64,000 nt of DNA from Mobula hypostoma (lineage: Eukaryota), in NCBI RefSeq assembly GCF_963921235.1, contig NC_086108.1:92754001-92818000 (forward strand), in the 5' to 3' direction. The notes under the pieces were generated by a model. It was not told where the DNA came from and searched no databases. It saw only the letters and a program-made list of their open reading frames with translations. Made by a program: the position numbers and the translations under genes. This document shows positions 1-12,703 of this stretch, in pieces. Position 1 is the first letter of the stretch, and every line of letters begins with the position of its first letter.

Positions 1-15
1 TTTTTCTGTCTTCAG

Positions 16-153
16 CTGGAGAATATCAGTAACTTTATTAAAGCCATGCAGGTTTATGGGATGAAGCCACATGACATTTTTGAAGCGAATGATCTGTTTG
101 AAAATGGGAATCTGACTCAAGTGCAGACGACACTTTTGGCCCTTGCGAGCCTG
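16..153 (+). CDS. CNN3: Calponin-3 internal exon (end of calponin-homology domain)
   Basis: Acceptor ttcag at 11-15, donor gtaagt at 154. 138 nt, phase 0. Encodes [46 protein letters not shown], close to vertebrate CNN3. Confidence 0.96.
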
Positions 154-559
154 GTAAGTGTGAATCTCATCCCCGTAATCCCATAGTTGTTCACGGCTGC
201 CAATGATAAACTCTCATAGCCTATTGGTACCCTGTTCACATGCATCTTGATACATGTCTGAGCATGCTTTGAGTTGGCAATGGTACTTGTCTCTTTTGTC
301 AGATTGGGAGTTGAAGAACTACTCCAGGATTCCATTATATTCAGCATTGTCCAAGATGTTGCATTAAATTATTGCATCTTTGAGCTGGGTAGTGATTGGC
401 TCTTCTGGTCGGTGCTTATCCCTCAACCAACATCAGGAAACTGAATGTGGGATTTTGGTTTTTGCTCTTATTAACAATGCTTTCAAAAATAAAGTAATTC
501 ACCTTGTTAAATAGAGGGTTAAGGTGAATGACGATCCTGTGTTTGTTGTACAAAGTGCA

Positions 560-1480
560 GATGGAAGTGTTACACAACCTATCAGATTTTAATTAACTAC
601 TCTGCAAAAGCTTTTGCAGTCTCAGAGGTTTATGAGCCTCCTGTGCAAGAAGCCAGAAATGCGCTGATGTTAACACTGTAGATTCCCTGACACAGTCTTT
701 TACATACCAGTTATTACACTGGTAAAACTGCTGCTATATTTCCTTCAATACTGTTCTCAAGGGACATAAACTTTACAAGTGATTCAGCCCCACCCGCTGA
801 AACTGAGAATATTGTGGAGAATATTTTTCTATTGTCTTTTATTTATGAACTGTTAATCTTTCCCATGCTTTATACAGCATGATCTTGTAAAATATATTTC
901 TGAATTTAGGAACCTCCCAAGTTCTGAAATGTTTTTGCAAGTTTATGCTTTATAACAGGAGTTTCAAGAGTAACAAGATCAATCTATAAACAAAAGACAG
1001 TAGAACAATGCTGTCTCTCCACAGTATGCTGGTTTTCAGGAGGAGGGGCTAAATCGGTTATAATAACTTATAAAACTTGTATCTCTTGGGGAAACCTGGC
1101 TGGTGGCGTAGTGGCATCAGTGTCGGACTTTGGGACGAAAGATCCTGAGTTCAAATCCAGCTGGTTCCCCTGCACGCTTTCCATCCATGCTGGGTTACCA
1201 GCTGGTGATCTCTTTGGAAACTCAGAAGGCAGTGGCTGTAACTTGCCTGGTATACTGTTCCCACTACATCAGAGAGGCGTGGAGGGAAATCATCTGCTAA
1301 CCAGAGAATGCGACGTACCTTCCCTTTCCATTTCCAAAGTTATTAGGAGGATATAAGAACTTGTTAAGAAGCAGATGTTAGTGCATTTCTGGCATCTTGC
1401 ATAGGAGGCTCATAAACTCCTGAGGTTGCAAAGGCTTTTGCAGAGCAGTCAATAAAAATGTGATAGTGCTATGCATACTG
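560..1480. repeat. Long imperfect palindrome (foldback) centred at ~913, right arm interrupted by a SINE
   Basis: Reverse-complement matches: 579-670 with 1375-1466, 753-860 with 975-1093, 871-911 with 915-954. Confidence 0.9.
1097..1335 (+). mobile_element. tRNA-derived SINE
   Basis: A-box TGGCGTAGTGG at 1104-1114 and B-box GAGTTCAAATCC at 1147-1158. It breaks the symmetry of the surrounding palindrome. Confidence 0.8.
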
Positions 1481-2056
1481 CTGTTAGGTAGAATTTGACC
1501 CAGATAATTAAAAGATAATGGAAGTTGTTTCCATTACTGTAGTAGTGAAACTTCCACTGTTGTAAATCAATAACTCCGGTCTAGGATGTACTGAATTTTA
1601 ATGGAAAGCTTGTTCTTCACACAACAGTGAGTATTCACTCTGATAAATTTGTTCTGCTTCTAATTCCTCTGCTTTTCCACTTCTGATTTTCCAGTTATAA
1701 AATTACTTTACTTCATTAAATAGAATATATAAGAAAAATAGTTAGGTACTTGCATTAGTCTTGGACCAGTGGCTGCCTCTTCATTGGACTAATACCATAG
1801 CAGTACATTAACTAAAGCATTTTGCTTTCTCTGGGGTGTTTTGTAGTTTCTTTTTTGTTTTTTTAAAATTGCGTTCTTTGTTTATTTTTTTTGAAGCATT
1901 GGATTTTGAGTAACAATCATTTCATCCTCCTTTTACCCTCGTGTACTGAAGAATGACAATAAACCATCTTGAATGAAGCTGTGATAATTCTCTATTTCTT
2001 CTGTTCTGCCCTTACAATTGACAGAGGCTTTGGGTTGTGCATCTGTTTGCTGTCTT

Positions 2057-2860
2057 ACTCTTTTCGGGGTTGGATATCTAAGGATATTCAGTATTTGAGG
2101 AGGATCAGGAAAAGGAGGTGGAAGGGCATTGTTAGTGAAGACGAGTTCAATAATGAGAAAGGATACTAGTTCAGAAACTGAAGGTGTGGAATCAGTTTGT
2201 ATGGAGCTGAAGGTTGGAGGATATTTGACACCCATAGGCCTCTATACATAGCGGTGTTAGGAGCAGCAGCAAACATTTTCTTTTTAAGATATAGAAGGGT
2301 CTATGGTAATCATTGCTGATTTTATTACCTTGTATTTCTTTACAGCATGGAATCAGCCCTTGTTTTTAAAAAAAAGTGAAGTCAAGTGTAGGTCTTCAAT
2401 GATAGAAATGGGATAAATCTCAACGGGGAACAGGAGATTTGCAAAGCAAGTGAACAGATATTTTGGTTTTGCTTCATAGAAAATACAAATGGCTTGCCAG
2501 GAATTTAGTTCTGGTAAAGAAATAGTGCTGGAGAGAAATACCAGTACTGAAAGCTAATTAAATTCACAGGGCTTACCCCGAGTACTGTTGGGAGTTCGCT
2601 GTGGAAATCGTTCTTGATTTCCAGAATTAATTTGCAGAAAAGTTGGTTTGCAAATACAACTCTATTATTAAAAAAACAAAGAAAATGAGAAGCTTGTGAA
2701 CCAGTTAGCTCTGTATCAGTGTTGGGGGAAAATTCTAGGGCTGTAATCCTCGATAACATGCCATTTTAAATGTATCAATGGAATTTGATAACGTCACCAT
2801 GGATTTCTGGTAGTTGCCTTTTAGTAAATCTAACCATGGAATAGATGAGAGGAAAACAGT
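2057..2860 (+). mobile_element. Highly degraded CR1 LINE fragments (endonuclease/RT region)
   Basis: Decayed similarity to the CR1 ORF2 copies elsewhere in the window, e.g. an ESVCMELK-like motif near 2188-2212. Confidence 0.55.
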
Positions 2861-2869
2861 GGTGTGATG

Positions 2870-3212
2870 TCTCCTTCCAGTAAACAAAAAACCTCCACCA
2901 CTCCCCACCCTGACCTTTTACTACTTCTCCCCTGCCTATTATTTCCATTCCCCTTCCCTTTCTTCTCTTGTCCACTCTCCTCTTTGGCCCTTGACCTTTA
3001 TTGCCCTCCTGGCTTCACCTGTCGCCTTCCGGCTAGTCTCCCCACCCCCAACATTCTCATTCAGCCATTTTGCCCCTTCTCTGTCTCTCGGCCCCGAAGA
3101 AGAGTCCTGGCCCAAAATGTCAACTGTTTTCTCATTTCCATAGATACTGCCTGACGGGCTGAGTTCCTCCAGCATTTTGTGTGTTGGATTGAGCTTTGGA
3201 TTTCCAGCACCT
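2870..3212 (+). mobile_element. Penelope-like element 3' terminus
   Basis: Pyrimidine-rich tract followed by the recurrent terminal repeat (gagttcctccagcattttgtgtg) with a decayed hammerhead core. Confidence 0.7.
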
Positions 3213-3413
3213 GGTGGTGTGATGTAATTGGATTTTTGGGAAGCTACTGATCATTCCGTATACATGCTCCCAATACCATGTCCTTTAATTGACATGAATT
3301 GAGTATTAGTTGACAGATAGGTGGAGGGGGGGAAACTACGTTTGTGTACATGAGCTTGCTAGGATTCTGCAGGGATCAGTGCTTAGACCTCATTCTCAGT
3401 ATATATCACTGAT

Positions 3414-3506
3414 TTGAAGTGGATGGGCTGCTACAGCAACAGAAGACCATGAACTTGCAAACAGTAGCCACTTCATTAGGTGACTTAATAAAGTGACCAC
3501 TGAGTG
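3414..3506 (+). mobile_element. Right end of a Tc1-like element
   Basis: Same TIR (taataaagtgaccactgagtg) and the same MGYSSRRP-like segment as the element at 32953-33470. Confidence 0.7.
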
Positions 3507-3876
3507 TGCTCGCTATACATTTACGTGTTTCAGAAATTTGCTGTGTGTTGGTCAGACATGCAACATTAAAAAAATCATTCAACAATCATAAAGTGTAAAA
3601 CACTGTGTAGAGGTTAAATTGAGGTTAAAGTACAGCAATGGAGTAAACACATAAATACCAACCTGTATTTACAATGTAAACAGCATTATAGAAAGTGGTT
3701 TAAAGTGTTTACAATGCAGTGATGGGGGTAATAGATGAGATGGGGGGGGGGGAGAGGGAATCTAAAATGCCTTCAAGAGGACCACACCCATGTTGCAGGA
3801 TCTGGAGGCGTGAGTGCCTCATTGACCCGGAGGGCAACGTTGTCTGGAATCAAGCTTTTCTTTATGCTTTCATTCT

Positions 3877-4178
3877 TGGTAGGGTCACCCATGCCAGACG
3901 GGTTAAAGGGTAGAGGCCTGACTAAGAGTGGTCCACCGGTCCGCCAGGCTGGGCCGGTGGGGTTCAGCTTGGAGCTAACGACCCTGACTGGTAATACGAA
4001 ACGGTTACGGAAACAGCAACAAAGAATCCTTTTACATTTGAGCCTCCACCCAGGACTTGCATGACTGACAGTCGTGAAAACTGAGCTACTGGCACAGTGA
4101 AGGAAGCCCCAAGCATCACCCGAGATGAAGGGCCTTCACTGCTACTCTAAACACCAGTGGCATTACGGGCAGTAGCTT
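3877..4178 (+). mobile_element. Probable RTE-derived non-autonomous retroelement
   Basis: RTE-like 5' UTR motif (gctaacgaccctgactggtaa...gttacggaaac) joined to an RTE-like 3' end (ggccttcactgct...acgggcagtag). Confidence 0.45.
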
Positions 4179-4617
4179 AATTAGAATGGGCTGATCTACC
4201 TGAGGGAAGGAACTTTTAAGATGGTGTGAATTTTTCTTTGCTTTAATATTCCTTTAGTGCTTTCCAGAAGGGAGCTTTTGGAAAAGACAGGTTGCCAGGT
4301 GGATAGTGCCTGCAATTATGTTGCCTGCCCGCTATTAAATAGCATTTAAATGTTCGGGGAAATGTTGTCCGAAAGGACCTGCGGGTTCTCGTACACTGGT
4401 CATTGAAAGCAATTGTGCTGGTGCAGCAAGCAGGTACGGCAGCCTGTGTTGTGTGTTGGTTTTTACAGCATGAGGGTCTGAGTAGAAGAGGGTACGGTTC
4501 ATTGCTGCAGTTCTGCAGGACCTTGGACTACACACACCACTTGGTAGCCTCACCAAGTCTAGCCTAGCAAAGGGGAGCGAGTGTTCTGAAGGTTCACCCG
4601 ACTGATCCCTAGGATGA

Positions 4618-5348
4618 CAAACACGAGAAAATCTGCGGGGGCTGGAAATCCAAAGCATCGTACACACAAAATGCTGGAGGAACTCAGCAGGCCAGGCAGC
4701 ATCTATGGAAAAGAGTACAGTCGACGTTTCGGGCCAACACCCTTAAGCAGGACTGGAATAGAAGGTGGGGGGGGGGTGAAGAAGTACAAGGTGGCAGGTG
4801 ATGGTGAAACCGGGAGAGGAAGGGGGTGACGCAAGGAGCTGGGAAGTTGATTGGTGAAAGAGATAAAAGGCTGGAGAAGGGGAAATCTGAAGGGAGAGGG
4901 TAGAAGACAATGGAGGAAGGGGAAGGAGCACCAGAGGGAGGTGATAGGCAGGTAAGAGAATAAGATGAGAGGGAGAAATGGGAATGGTGAAGTTGAGGGG
5001 GTGGGGACGTGATTACCAGAAGTTCAAGAAATTGATGTTTATGCCATCAGGTTGGTGGCTGTCCAGACGTAATTAATATAAGGTGTTGCTCCTCCAACCT
5101 GAGTGTGGCCTCATCGCAGCTGTAGAGGTGGCCATGGACTGACATTTCAGAATGGGAAGTGGAATTCCAATGGGCATCTACAGGGAAATCCTGCTTTTTC
5201 TGACAGATGGAGTGGAGGTGCTCAGTGAACCGGTCTCACCGATATACAGGAGGCCACACCGGGAGCATTGCATGCAGTAGCTGACCCCAAAAGACTTGCA
5301 GGTGAAGTGTTGCCTCATCTGAAGGACTGTTTAGGACCCTGAATGGTA
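4618..5348 (-). mobile_element. Penelope-like element, 5'-truncated (GIY-YIG C-terminus plus terminal repeat)
   Basis: The minus strand encodes decayed HFTC..GVSYCMQCSRCGLLYIGET and ATLRLEEQHLI motifs of a Penelope GIY-YIG endonuclease. Confidence 0.85.
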
Positions 5349-6897
5349 GATTCCTGGGACTGTCATATACAGAGTGAATGGGTTAACTAGGTTTAATGTC
5401 ACTGATATTTCGAAGCTTTGAAGCGCAGTTCTAATGGGGCTAGATGACTGCGTGCAAAGATGATGATTTTCCTCTGGATGGCTGTCTAAAGTGGGATCTT
5501 GGGATATGGGATAAGACAGCTTCAATAGGTACATTTAATGTCAGAAGAATACACAATACATCCTGGAATTCTTTCTCTTTGCAAACATCCACATAAACAG
5601 AGGAGTGCCCCAAAGAATGACAGTTAAATGTTAGAACCCCAAAGCCTCCCCCCTCGCAAGCACAAGCAGCAGCAAAGCAATGTTCCCCCCCCTCCACCGA
5701 GCACGCAAGCATGACACAGAGTTGTAGTACCCCAAAGACTACTCGTTCACCCAGAAATTCGACATACCACAGGCTGTCTCCCTCCCTAATGAGGGGAAAA
5801 GAGGTGTCCCCATTTCACTCATTAGGATTGAGACCATGAGAATCACTCTGGCAGACCTTTGGAATCTGCTACTTGATAAGGCGTCAAGGTCACGTTACTG
5901 AATTGTATTTACAATGAAGGCAGATAAATTTCTGGATCTAAAAGAATCTGGTGTGTAGGGAGAGAACGGGAAAGCGGTATCAGTCATGATCACAGTGAAT
6001 GGAGAAGTGGGGTTAAAGGTTAAAGCAGCTTGCCACTATTTGAGTTTTTCTGTAGTGTTGATACAAAAGATTTTTTTTAAAATGTTAAATTTTGACCTTG
6101 TGTGTGAGCCTTTCCATTGCTGAGCCAGTGTTTATGCCCAAGTCTTTGGGTAAATGGATACAAAGCAATCCCCTTCACATTGGATTGGATCAGTGGCTGT
6201 GTACGGTAAATACATATTAACTAAATGTTGACTAAATACAGTAGGTTATACAAGAAACCACTTCGAGGACAAAAGATATTCATTTCTTTGAAGGATTTTT
6301 GAGCCATGCAAGCGAAACGTTTGCTTGAAGCTATTTCCTGGAAGTTAGTCGGGTTTGTAAAAGATTGGGTACTGAGGCATCACGGAGATCACTGTGGGAC
6401 CACTGCCTGTCTTTTAAATAGAACTCTTTGGAACTAGGATCAGAAATGATTTCAAGACTTAAATTCCAAACTTTTGAGTACCATTAATAAGATGATAGAT
6501 GTCAGTGTATTTTTAAATGTGCTGAAAGGGCATTGGTTTTTTTTTAAAAAAAAGGCAAATGAATTGAAACGGTTCCCTTTAGTTGGATAACATTGGGTCT
6601 CTAAATTACTCCTGTGAATAAATACTGTGGGTAATTTAAGGATACACTTAATATCAACAAGTTCATAGCGAGGGTTCATTTCCGAATGAAGGAATTAAGT
6701 CAGGGTCATATCCTGGTTGCTGTACTGCCTTTTGTTCTACTCTTCCTGTAATAAGAATATGGAGGCTTTGGAAAAGAAATTAGAAATATACTGGACTTTT
6801 TCCCCTCTGTGGAGCATACCAGACCTGAGACCTAACCGCTGCAATTCTAATGGGTCTCGATGACTAAGTGCAAGGATGATGATTTCCTCTGGATAAC

Positions 6898-7177
6898 TGG
6901 TCGTGGTTAGCGCAACACTATTATAGCCTGGGGTGTCGTAGTTCAGAGTTCAGTTCCGGTGTTGTCTGTAAGGAGTTTGTACGTTCTCCCCCTGGCCATG
7001 TGGGTTTCCTCAGTGTACTCCAGTTTCCTCCCACAGTCCAAAGATGTACTGGTTAGTAGGTTAATTGGTCATTGTAAATTGTCCTGTGGTTAACTAGGGT
7101 TAAATCAGGTTGCTAGGCCATGTGGCTTGTTGGGCTGGATAGGTTTGTTCTGTGCTGTATCTCCAAATAAAAAAAAG
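6898..7177 (+). mobile_element. V-domain SINE (HE1-like)
   Basis: tRNA-like head, V-domain (ggagtttgtacgttctcccc...gggtttcctc...tttcctcccacagtccaaaga) and A-rich tail. Confidence 0.85.
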
Positions 7178-7225
7178 AAAAGATAAAGGTCAGGCTGAGC
7201 TGCTTTAGAAGGATAACACTGAGTA

Positions 7226-7335
7226 CTGACTTGATAAAGGCCTTTAGTATTAATGGTAACATTGAGAACTGACTTGATAAGGTCTTTAGTGTTAACGCTA
7301 AGAAAGAGCTGACTTGATAAAAGTCTTCAGTGTTT
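7226..7335 (+). repeat. Three diverged tandem units of 40-43 bp
   Basis: CTGACTTGATAA at 7226, 7269 and 7309, each followed by a variant of ggtctttagtgtt. Confidence 0.85.
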
Positions 7336-7644
7336 TGACTGGGTGGCTGTAGGTCATATTAAAAATTACAAGAGAATTTGGAGAAGCTTTAATGTTTAAA
7401 TCGTAAAACTTACCACGCACAGTAATTGGCTAGCAGCAATCTGTCTTTGAACTGTGGCTAGAGATGTATAAAAGGGAATGAGATGTAGGCCAGCTGAGGT
7501 GAAGCAGATGGGGTGGGGGGCATGGAGGGGAGGCTTATGTCAAATATAAAGATGTCTAGAGACTGTTAAGCCAAATGGCTGGTTTCAGTGTTATCATTCT
7601 TGGCAGGATGCAGGGGGCAGCTGAACAAATTCACTACAAAAAGT

Positions 7645-7876
7645 AACAAACGAGAGAATCTGAAGATGCTGGAAATCCAAGCAACACACACAAAATGCTG
7701 GAGGAACTCAGCAGGCCAGGCAGTATCTGTAAGGGGGGGGGAAAAAGTACAGTCGATGTTTCAGGCCGAGACCTTCAGTCCTGCCGAAGGGTCTCGGCCC
7801 AAAATGTCGACTGTACTTTTTTTTCTATAGATGCTGCCTGGCCTGCTGAGTTTCTCCAGCATTTTGTGCATGTTGC
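7645..7876. mobile_element. Penelope-derived hairpin mini-element
   Basis: Two inverted copies of the terminal repeat. 14-bp TSD tcactacaaaaagt (7631-7644) / tcacttcaaaaagt (7877-7890). Confidence 0.85.
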
Positions 7877-8483
7877 TCACTTCAAAAAGTGCGAGGTTCG
7901 TGCTCTCCTAATATAAATGGAAACGGTAATTATTTGAATCAACTTTCTTTTCCGGATAATCGTGTAAAGTTTTAGTTCAGCCGCTTGGAGTTGAAAGTTT
8001 AAAAGGGAATGTGATGAGGCTAAAGAAAGCCCGTTGAGGGGTCCAAAGCATTAAGTTTGATCAAACCAACATGAGTATGTTTCCTCTGTTAACCAGGAGT
8101 GTTTCTGCTAGTCAATTTTCATTTACTAAGGCAGTTCCCTCGGGAACTTGTATCTGATTTTTCAGGTGCATTTAACTTCTCTCTTCACACCTTTAGGTCT
8201 CCATGTGCTGAGTGCAATTTATTGTAAATCTTTGTAAATTATTACTTTTTTTTTGTAATATAATTTTTATTGAGTTATCAAAAAGAATACATGAAAAGAT
8301 AAAATCTACCCTCCCCTTAACCCTCCCCCCCCCCATATATAGTCCTACCTAAAAAGAAAGAAGAGAGAAAAAAAAGAGCTGCCTGGGTATTGGAAGGTTT
8401 CCACATGCTCCATGGAATTCAAAATAAATTTGGTATAATTATGCGTTACTTTCCCCAAGGGACCAAGATCTTTATCGGAGCAC

Positions 8484-11400
8484 TTAAATATGCCATCCTA
8501 TCTTTTGTAAATAAGGGTGCCAAATATTCAAAAATGTTACATATTTATCTCTTAAATTATAAGTAATTTTTTCGAGTGGAATAGAACTAGCCATTTCATT
8601 ATTCCAATGATCCATACTTAAATACGAGTCAGATTTCCAAGTGACTGCTATAGTCTTCTTAGCTACTGCCAATGCAATTTTTATAAATTCTTTCTGATAT
8701 TTATTCAATTTAAGTTTTGGCTTAATCCCTTCAATATCACCTAATAGAAATAATACAGGGTTATGTGGAAGTTGAGTTCCAGTAATTTGTTCCAATAAGA
8801 CTTAAATTTATCTAAAAGGGTTGAATTTTAAAACAAGACCAAGTAGAATGTAAAAAAGTACCAATTTCTTGATTACACCGAAAGCATTTATCGGATAGAT
8901 TTGAATTTAATCTATTTATTTTTTGTGGTGTAATATATAATTGGTGTAAAAAATTATATTGTACTAATCTAAGTTGGACATTTATTGTATTTGTCATACT
9001 GTCAAGACAGAGTCTTGACCAATTTGTTTCATCAATAGTAATATTCAGATCTGTTTCCCATTTTTGCTTTGACTTATGGGTTCCTTGTTTAATTGTCTGT
9101 TCTTGAATCAAATTATACATACAAGAAATAAATTTTTTAATTTTCCCTTTTTGAATTAAAATTTCAATTTCATTAGGTTTTGGCAAAAACATTGTTTGAC
9201 CCAGCTTACCTTTTAAGTAAGCCCTTAATTGAAAGTAACAAAAGAGAGTATTATTTGATATTTTATATTTATCCTTTAATTGTTCAAATGACATCAATAT
9301 ACCTCATTCATAACAATCTCCTATAAATTTAATCCCTTTTTGGTACCAATTATATAAAAGTTGATTGTCCATTGTAAAAGGAATAAGGCTGTTTTGGAAC
9401 AAAGGTCTCCTTGCTAATAGAGATTTCTGTGTTTCATTATCAACATTTATCTTATTCCATAGATCAATCAAATGTGTTAATATAGGAGATTCTTTCTTTT
9501 CCCGTATCCATTTAGATTCCCATTTATATATAAAATCTTCATCTATTTTCTCCTATCTTGTCTAATTCTATTTTAATCCATGCTGGTTTTTGATCATCGA
9601 AGAAAGATGCAATAAATCTAAGTTGATTTGCTTTATAATAATTTTAAAAGTTTGGAAGTTGTAACCCTTCTAACCCAAATTTACATGTCAATTTTTCCAA
9701 TGATATTCTTGACATTTTACCTTTCCAAAGAAATTTTCTCACACATTTATTTAACTCTTGAAAAAATTTCTGTGGCAATTGTATTGGTAATGTTTGAAAC
9801 AAGTACTGTAACCTAGGAAATATATTCATTTTTACAACATTGACTCTACCTACTAATGTTATTGGTAGTATCATCCATTTGTCAAAATCTTCTTGAATTT
9901 TTTTCAATAGTGGTAAATAATTAAATTTATATAAATTCTTTACATCATTATCAAGTCTTATACCTAAATACTTTATACCATTTACCGGCCATCTAAATTA
10001 GGTTACTAATTGACATTGACTATAGTCTCCCTTAGTAAGAGGTAAAATTTCACTTTTATCCCAATTTATTTTGTAACCTGATACCTTCCCATATTCATCC
10101 AATCTAGAAGATAATTTATGTTACGAATGTTGTGGGTTTGTTAAGTAGATCAAAATATCATCGGCAAAAAGATTAATTTTATATTCCTCCTGATTAACTC
10201 TAAAACCCATAATATCTGGATCAATTCTGATTAGTTCTGCTAATGGCTCTATCGCCAGTACAAATAAAGCAGGTGATAATGGACAACCTTGCCTAGTTGA
10301 CCTTTTTAATTGGAATGGTGTTGAAATTTGAGAGTTTGTCACTACTTTAGCCTTAGGGTTAGAATTTAAAGTTTTAATCCAATTTATAAAAGATGTTCCT
10401 AACCCATATTTTTCTAATACTTTAAATAAAAAATCCCATTCTAATCTATCAAATGCCTTTTTCTGCATCCAAGGCTACTACTATACTCTTCTCGTCCCTT
10501 TTTTGTGCCAAATGAATTATACTGAGTAGCCGGGTTACATTATCTGCCAATTGTCTATTTTTAATAAATCCTGTTTGATCCATATGTATTAATTTTGGTA
10601 AATATTTAGATAATCTATTCGATAAAATTTTTGCTATTATTTTATAATCCATATTCAATAAAGAAATAGGCCTGTATGATGTTGGTTTCATAGGATCTGT
10701 CTTTTTTTGGCAATACTATTACAACTGTTGAAAAAGATTCTGGGAGTTTATGTATTTTTTCTGCTTGACGTATTAGTTCCATAAAGAGAGGAAATAATAA
10801 ATCTTTAAATTTTTTATAAAATTCAGGTGGAAAACCATCTTCTCCTGGAGATTTATTACTTTGGAGTGATCCTAAAGCTTCTTCAACTTCTTTTAATGTG
10901 AAAGGCATATCTAATCCCTTCTGTTCTTCCAAATTCAATTTTAGAAGAGATACTTGTGATAAAAACCGTTCTATCTCATTAATATCATTTTGAGATTCTG
11001 ATTGATATAATTCAGAATAGAAATTTTTAAAGGTTTCATTTATTTCAAGAGGTTTATAAGATATTTTATTTGCCCTTGTTCTAATTGCATTTATTGTTTT
11101 GGAATCTTGTTCCGTTTTCAACTGCCAGGCAAGAATTTTATGTGCTCTCTCACCTAACTCATAATACCTTTGTTTAGTTCTTATAATTGCTTTTTCCATT
11201 CTATATGTCTGAAGCGTATTATATTGTAACTTCTTATTGACAAGTTGCCTTCGTTTTTCTTCTGACATATATCTTTGAGATTCTTTTTCTAATTTTGTAA
11301 TCTCTTTTTCCAATTGATCTAGTTCTGCCATATATTCTTTCCTAATTTTAGACGTATAACTTATTATCTGGCCCCTAAGATATGCTTTCATCACATCCCA

Positions 11401-12253
11401 TAATATAAATTTATCATCCACTGAATGAAAATTTGTATCCAAAAAAAATTGAATCTGCTTTTTCATAAAATCACAAAAATCTTGACGTTTTAATAATGTT
11501 GAATTAAATCTCCATCTATAAGCCACTTCTTCCTTATCAGCCATTATTATTGTCATTAATAAAGGAGAATGATCTGATAATATTCTTGCTTTATATTCCA
11601 TATTTTCCACTCTGTGTTGAATATGCATTGATAATAGAAAAAAATCTATCCTTGAGTAAGTTTTATGTCTATGAGAATAGAATGAATAGTCTCTTTCTTT
11701 AGGATTGATTCTTCTCCATATATCAATCAAATTTAAATCTTTCATCAATGATAAAGTTAAATTTACTACCTTTGATTTTATAACAGCCTTGGTTGATCTA
11801 TCTAAGACTGGGTCTAAGCAAAAATTAAAGTCTCCTCCAATTAATATTTTTTTCATGTGCATCCGCCAAATTCAAAAAAGCTTCTTGTATGAATTTTGCA
11901 TCATTTTTGTTTGGTGGATAAATATTCATAAAAGTCCATAGTTCAGAAAAAAGTTGACAATGTATAATCAGATATCTCCCAGCAGAATCAGTTATTACAT
12001 TTTGTATTTTAATTGGTAACGTTTTATTGATTAAAATTGCTACTCCCCTCGCTTTTGAATTAAATGAAGCCGCAACAACACTACCCACCCAATCTCTCTT
12101 TAGTTTCTGATGTTCTGTTTCTGTTAGGTGCGTTTCCTGTAAAAAAGCTAAATCTCTCTTCATTTTTTTAATATGTGTTAAGATTCTTTTTCTTTTCACT
12201 GGTCCATTAAGCCCGTTAACATTAAAACTCAAAAAATTCAATAAATTAGTCAT
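8484..12253 (-). pseudogene. L1 ORF2 (APE endonuclease, RT, C-terminal Cys/His motif), broken into several frames
   Basis: Motifs SFNVNG, LQETH, GGDFN, SRIDFF, SDHSP, YRPISLLN, RQGCPLSP, LFADD and CFRC...FLHSTWSC across successive ORF fragments. Confidence 0.95.
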
Positions 12254-12703
12254 TATTCTTAACAAAGTTACTCCAATCTAAAACATTACTTATCTTCTCA
12301 ACTCTCGTAGTTCCTTGGGGAATCTCTTTAAACTTCACCATGTTGCTGTGTGTTTCCCTCCCAACCCTCCAGGCAAAAAGAAAAAAAAGATAGATAAGAT
12401 ACAAAAAAAGAAAAAACAAAATACCCCCCCCACTAATGTTGTGAATGAAAAGATACACAACACTACCCCCCTCCATTGTGCGGGTCGTGGCTAATGCCAC
12501 GCTTGCACACATGATTAGTGTAGCAATTGGTCAGTGCTTCTTCCAGCTCCCCCGCAACAAAAAAAAATTAATGTTACTATTCCCAACTAATATTCCTCCA
12601 ATTTTAACTTTTCTTACCCCCCCTCGTATAATTAATAATATATTTATACATTCATCCGCCTTCAAAAATCCAACAAGTCCATTCTTTGACCCAATCTTCA
12701 TCT

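Noticed and set aside
7226..7335. Regularly spaced repeats resembling a CRISPR array
   Set aside because: Only three units, the spacers are homologous to each other, the context is a vertebrate intron, and there are no cas genes.
7695..7916. Recurrent ORFs beginning MLEELSRPGS or containing TKCWRNSAGQA (also 2939, 4614, 45475)
   Set aside because: These are translations of the non-coding Penelope terminal repeat, not a gene family.
8011..8157. Intronic C/D snoRNA candidate (GTGATGA ... CTGA)
   Set aside because: No convincing terminal stem, internal boxes or recognisable guide. Such short motifs occur by chance.
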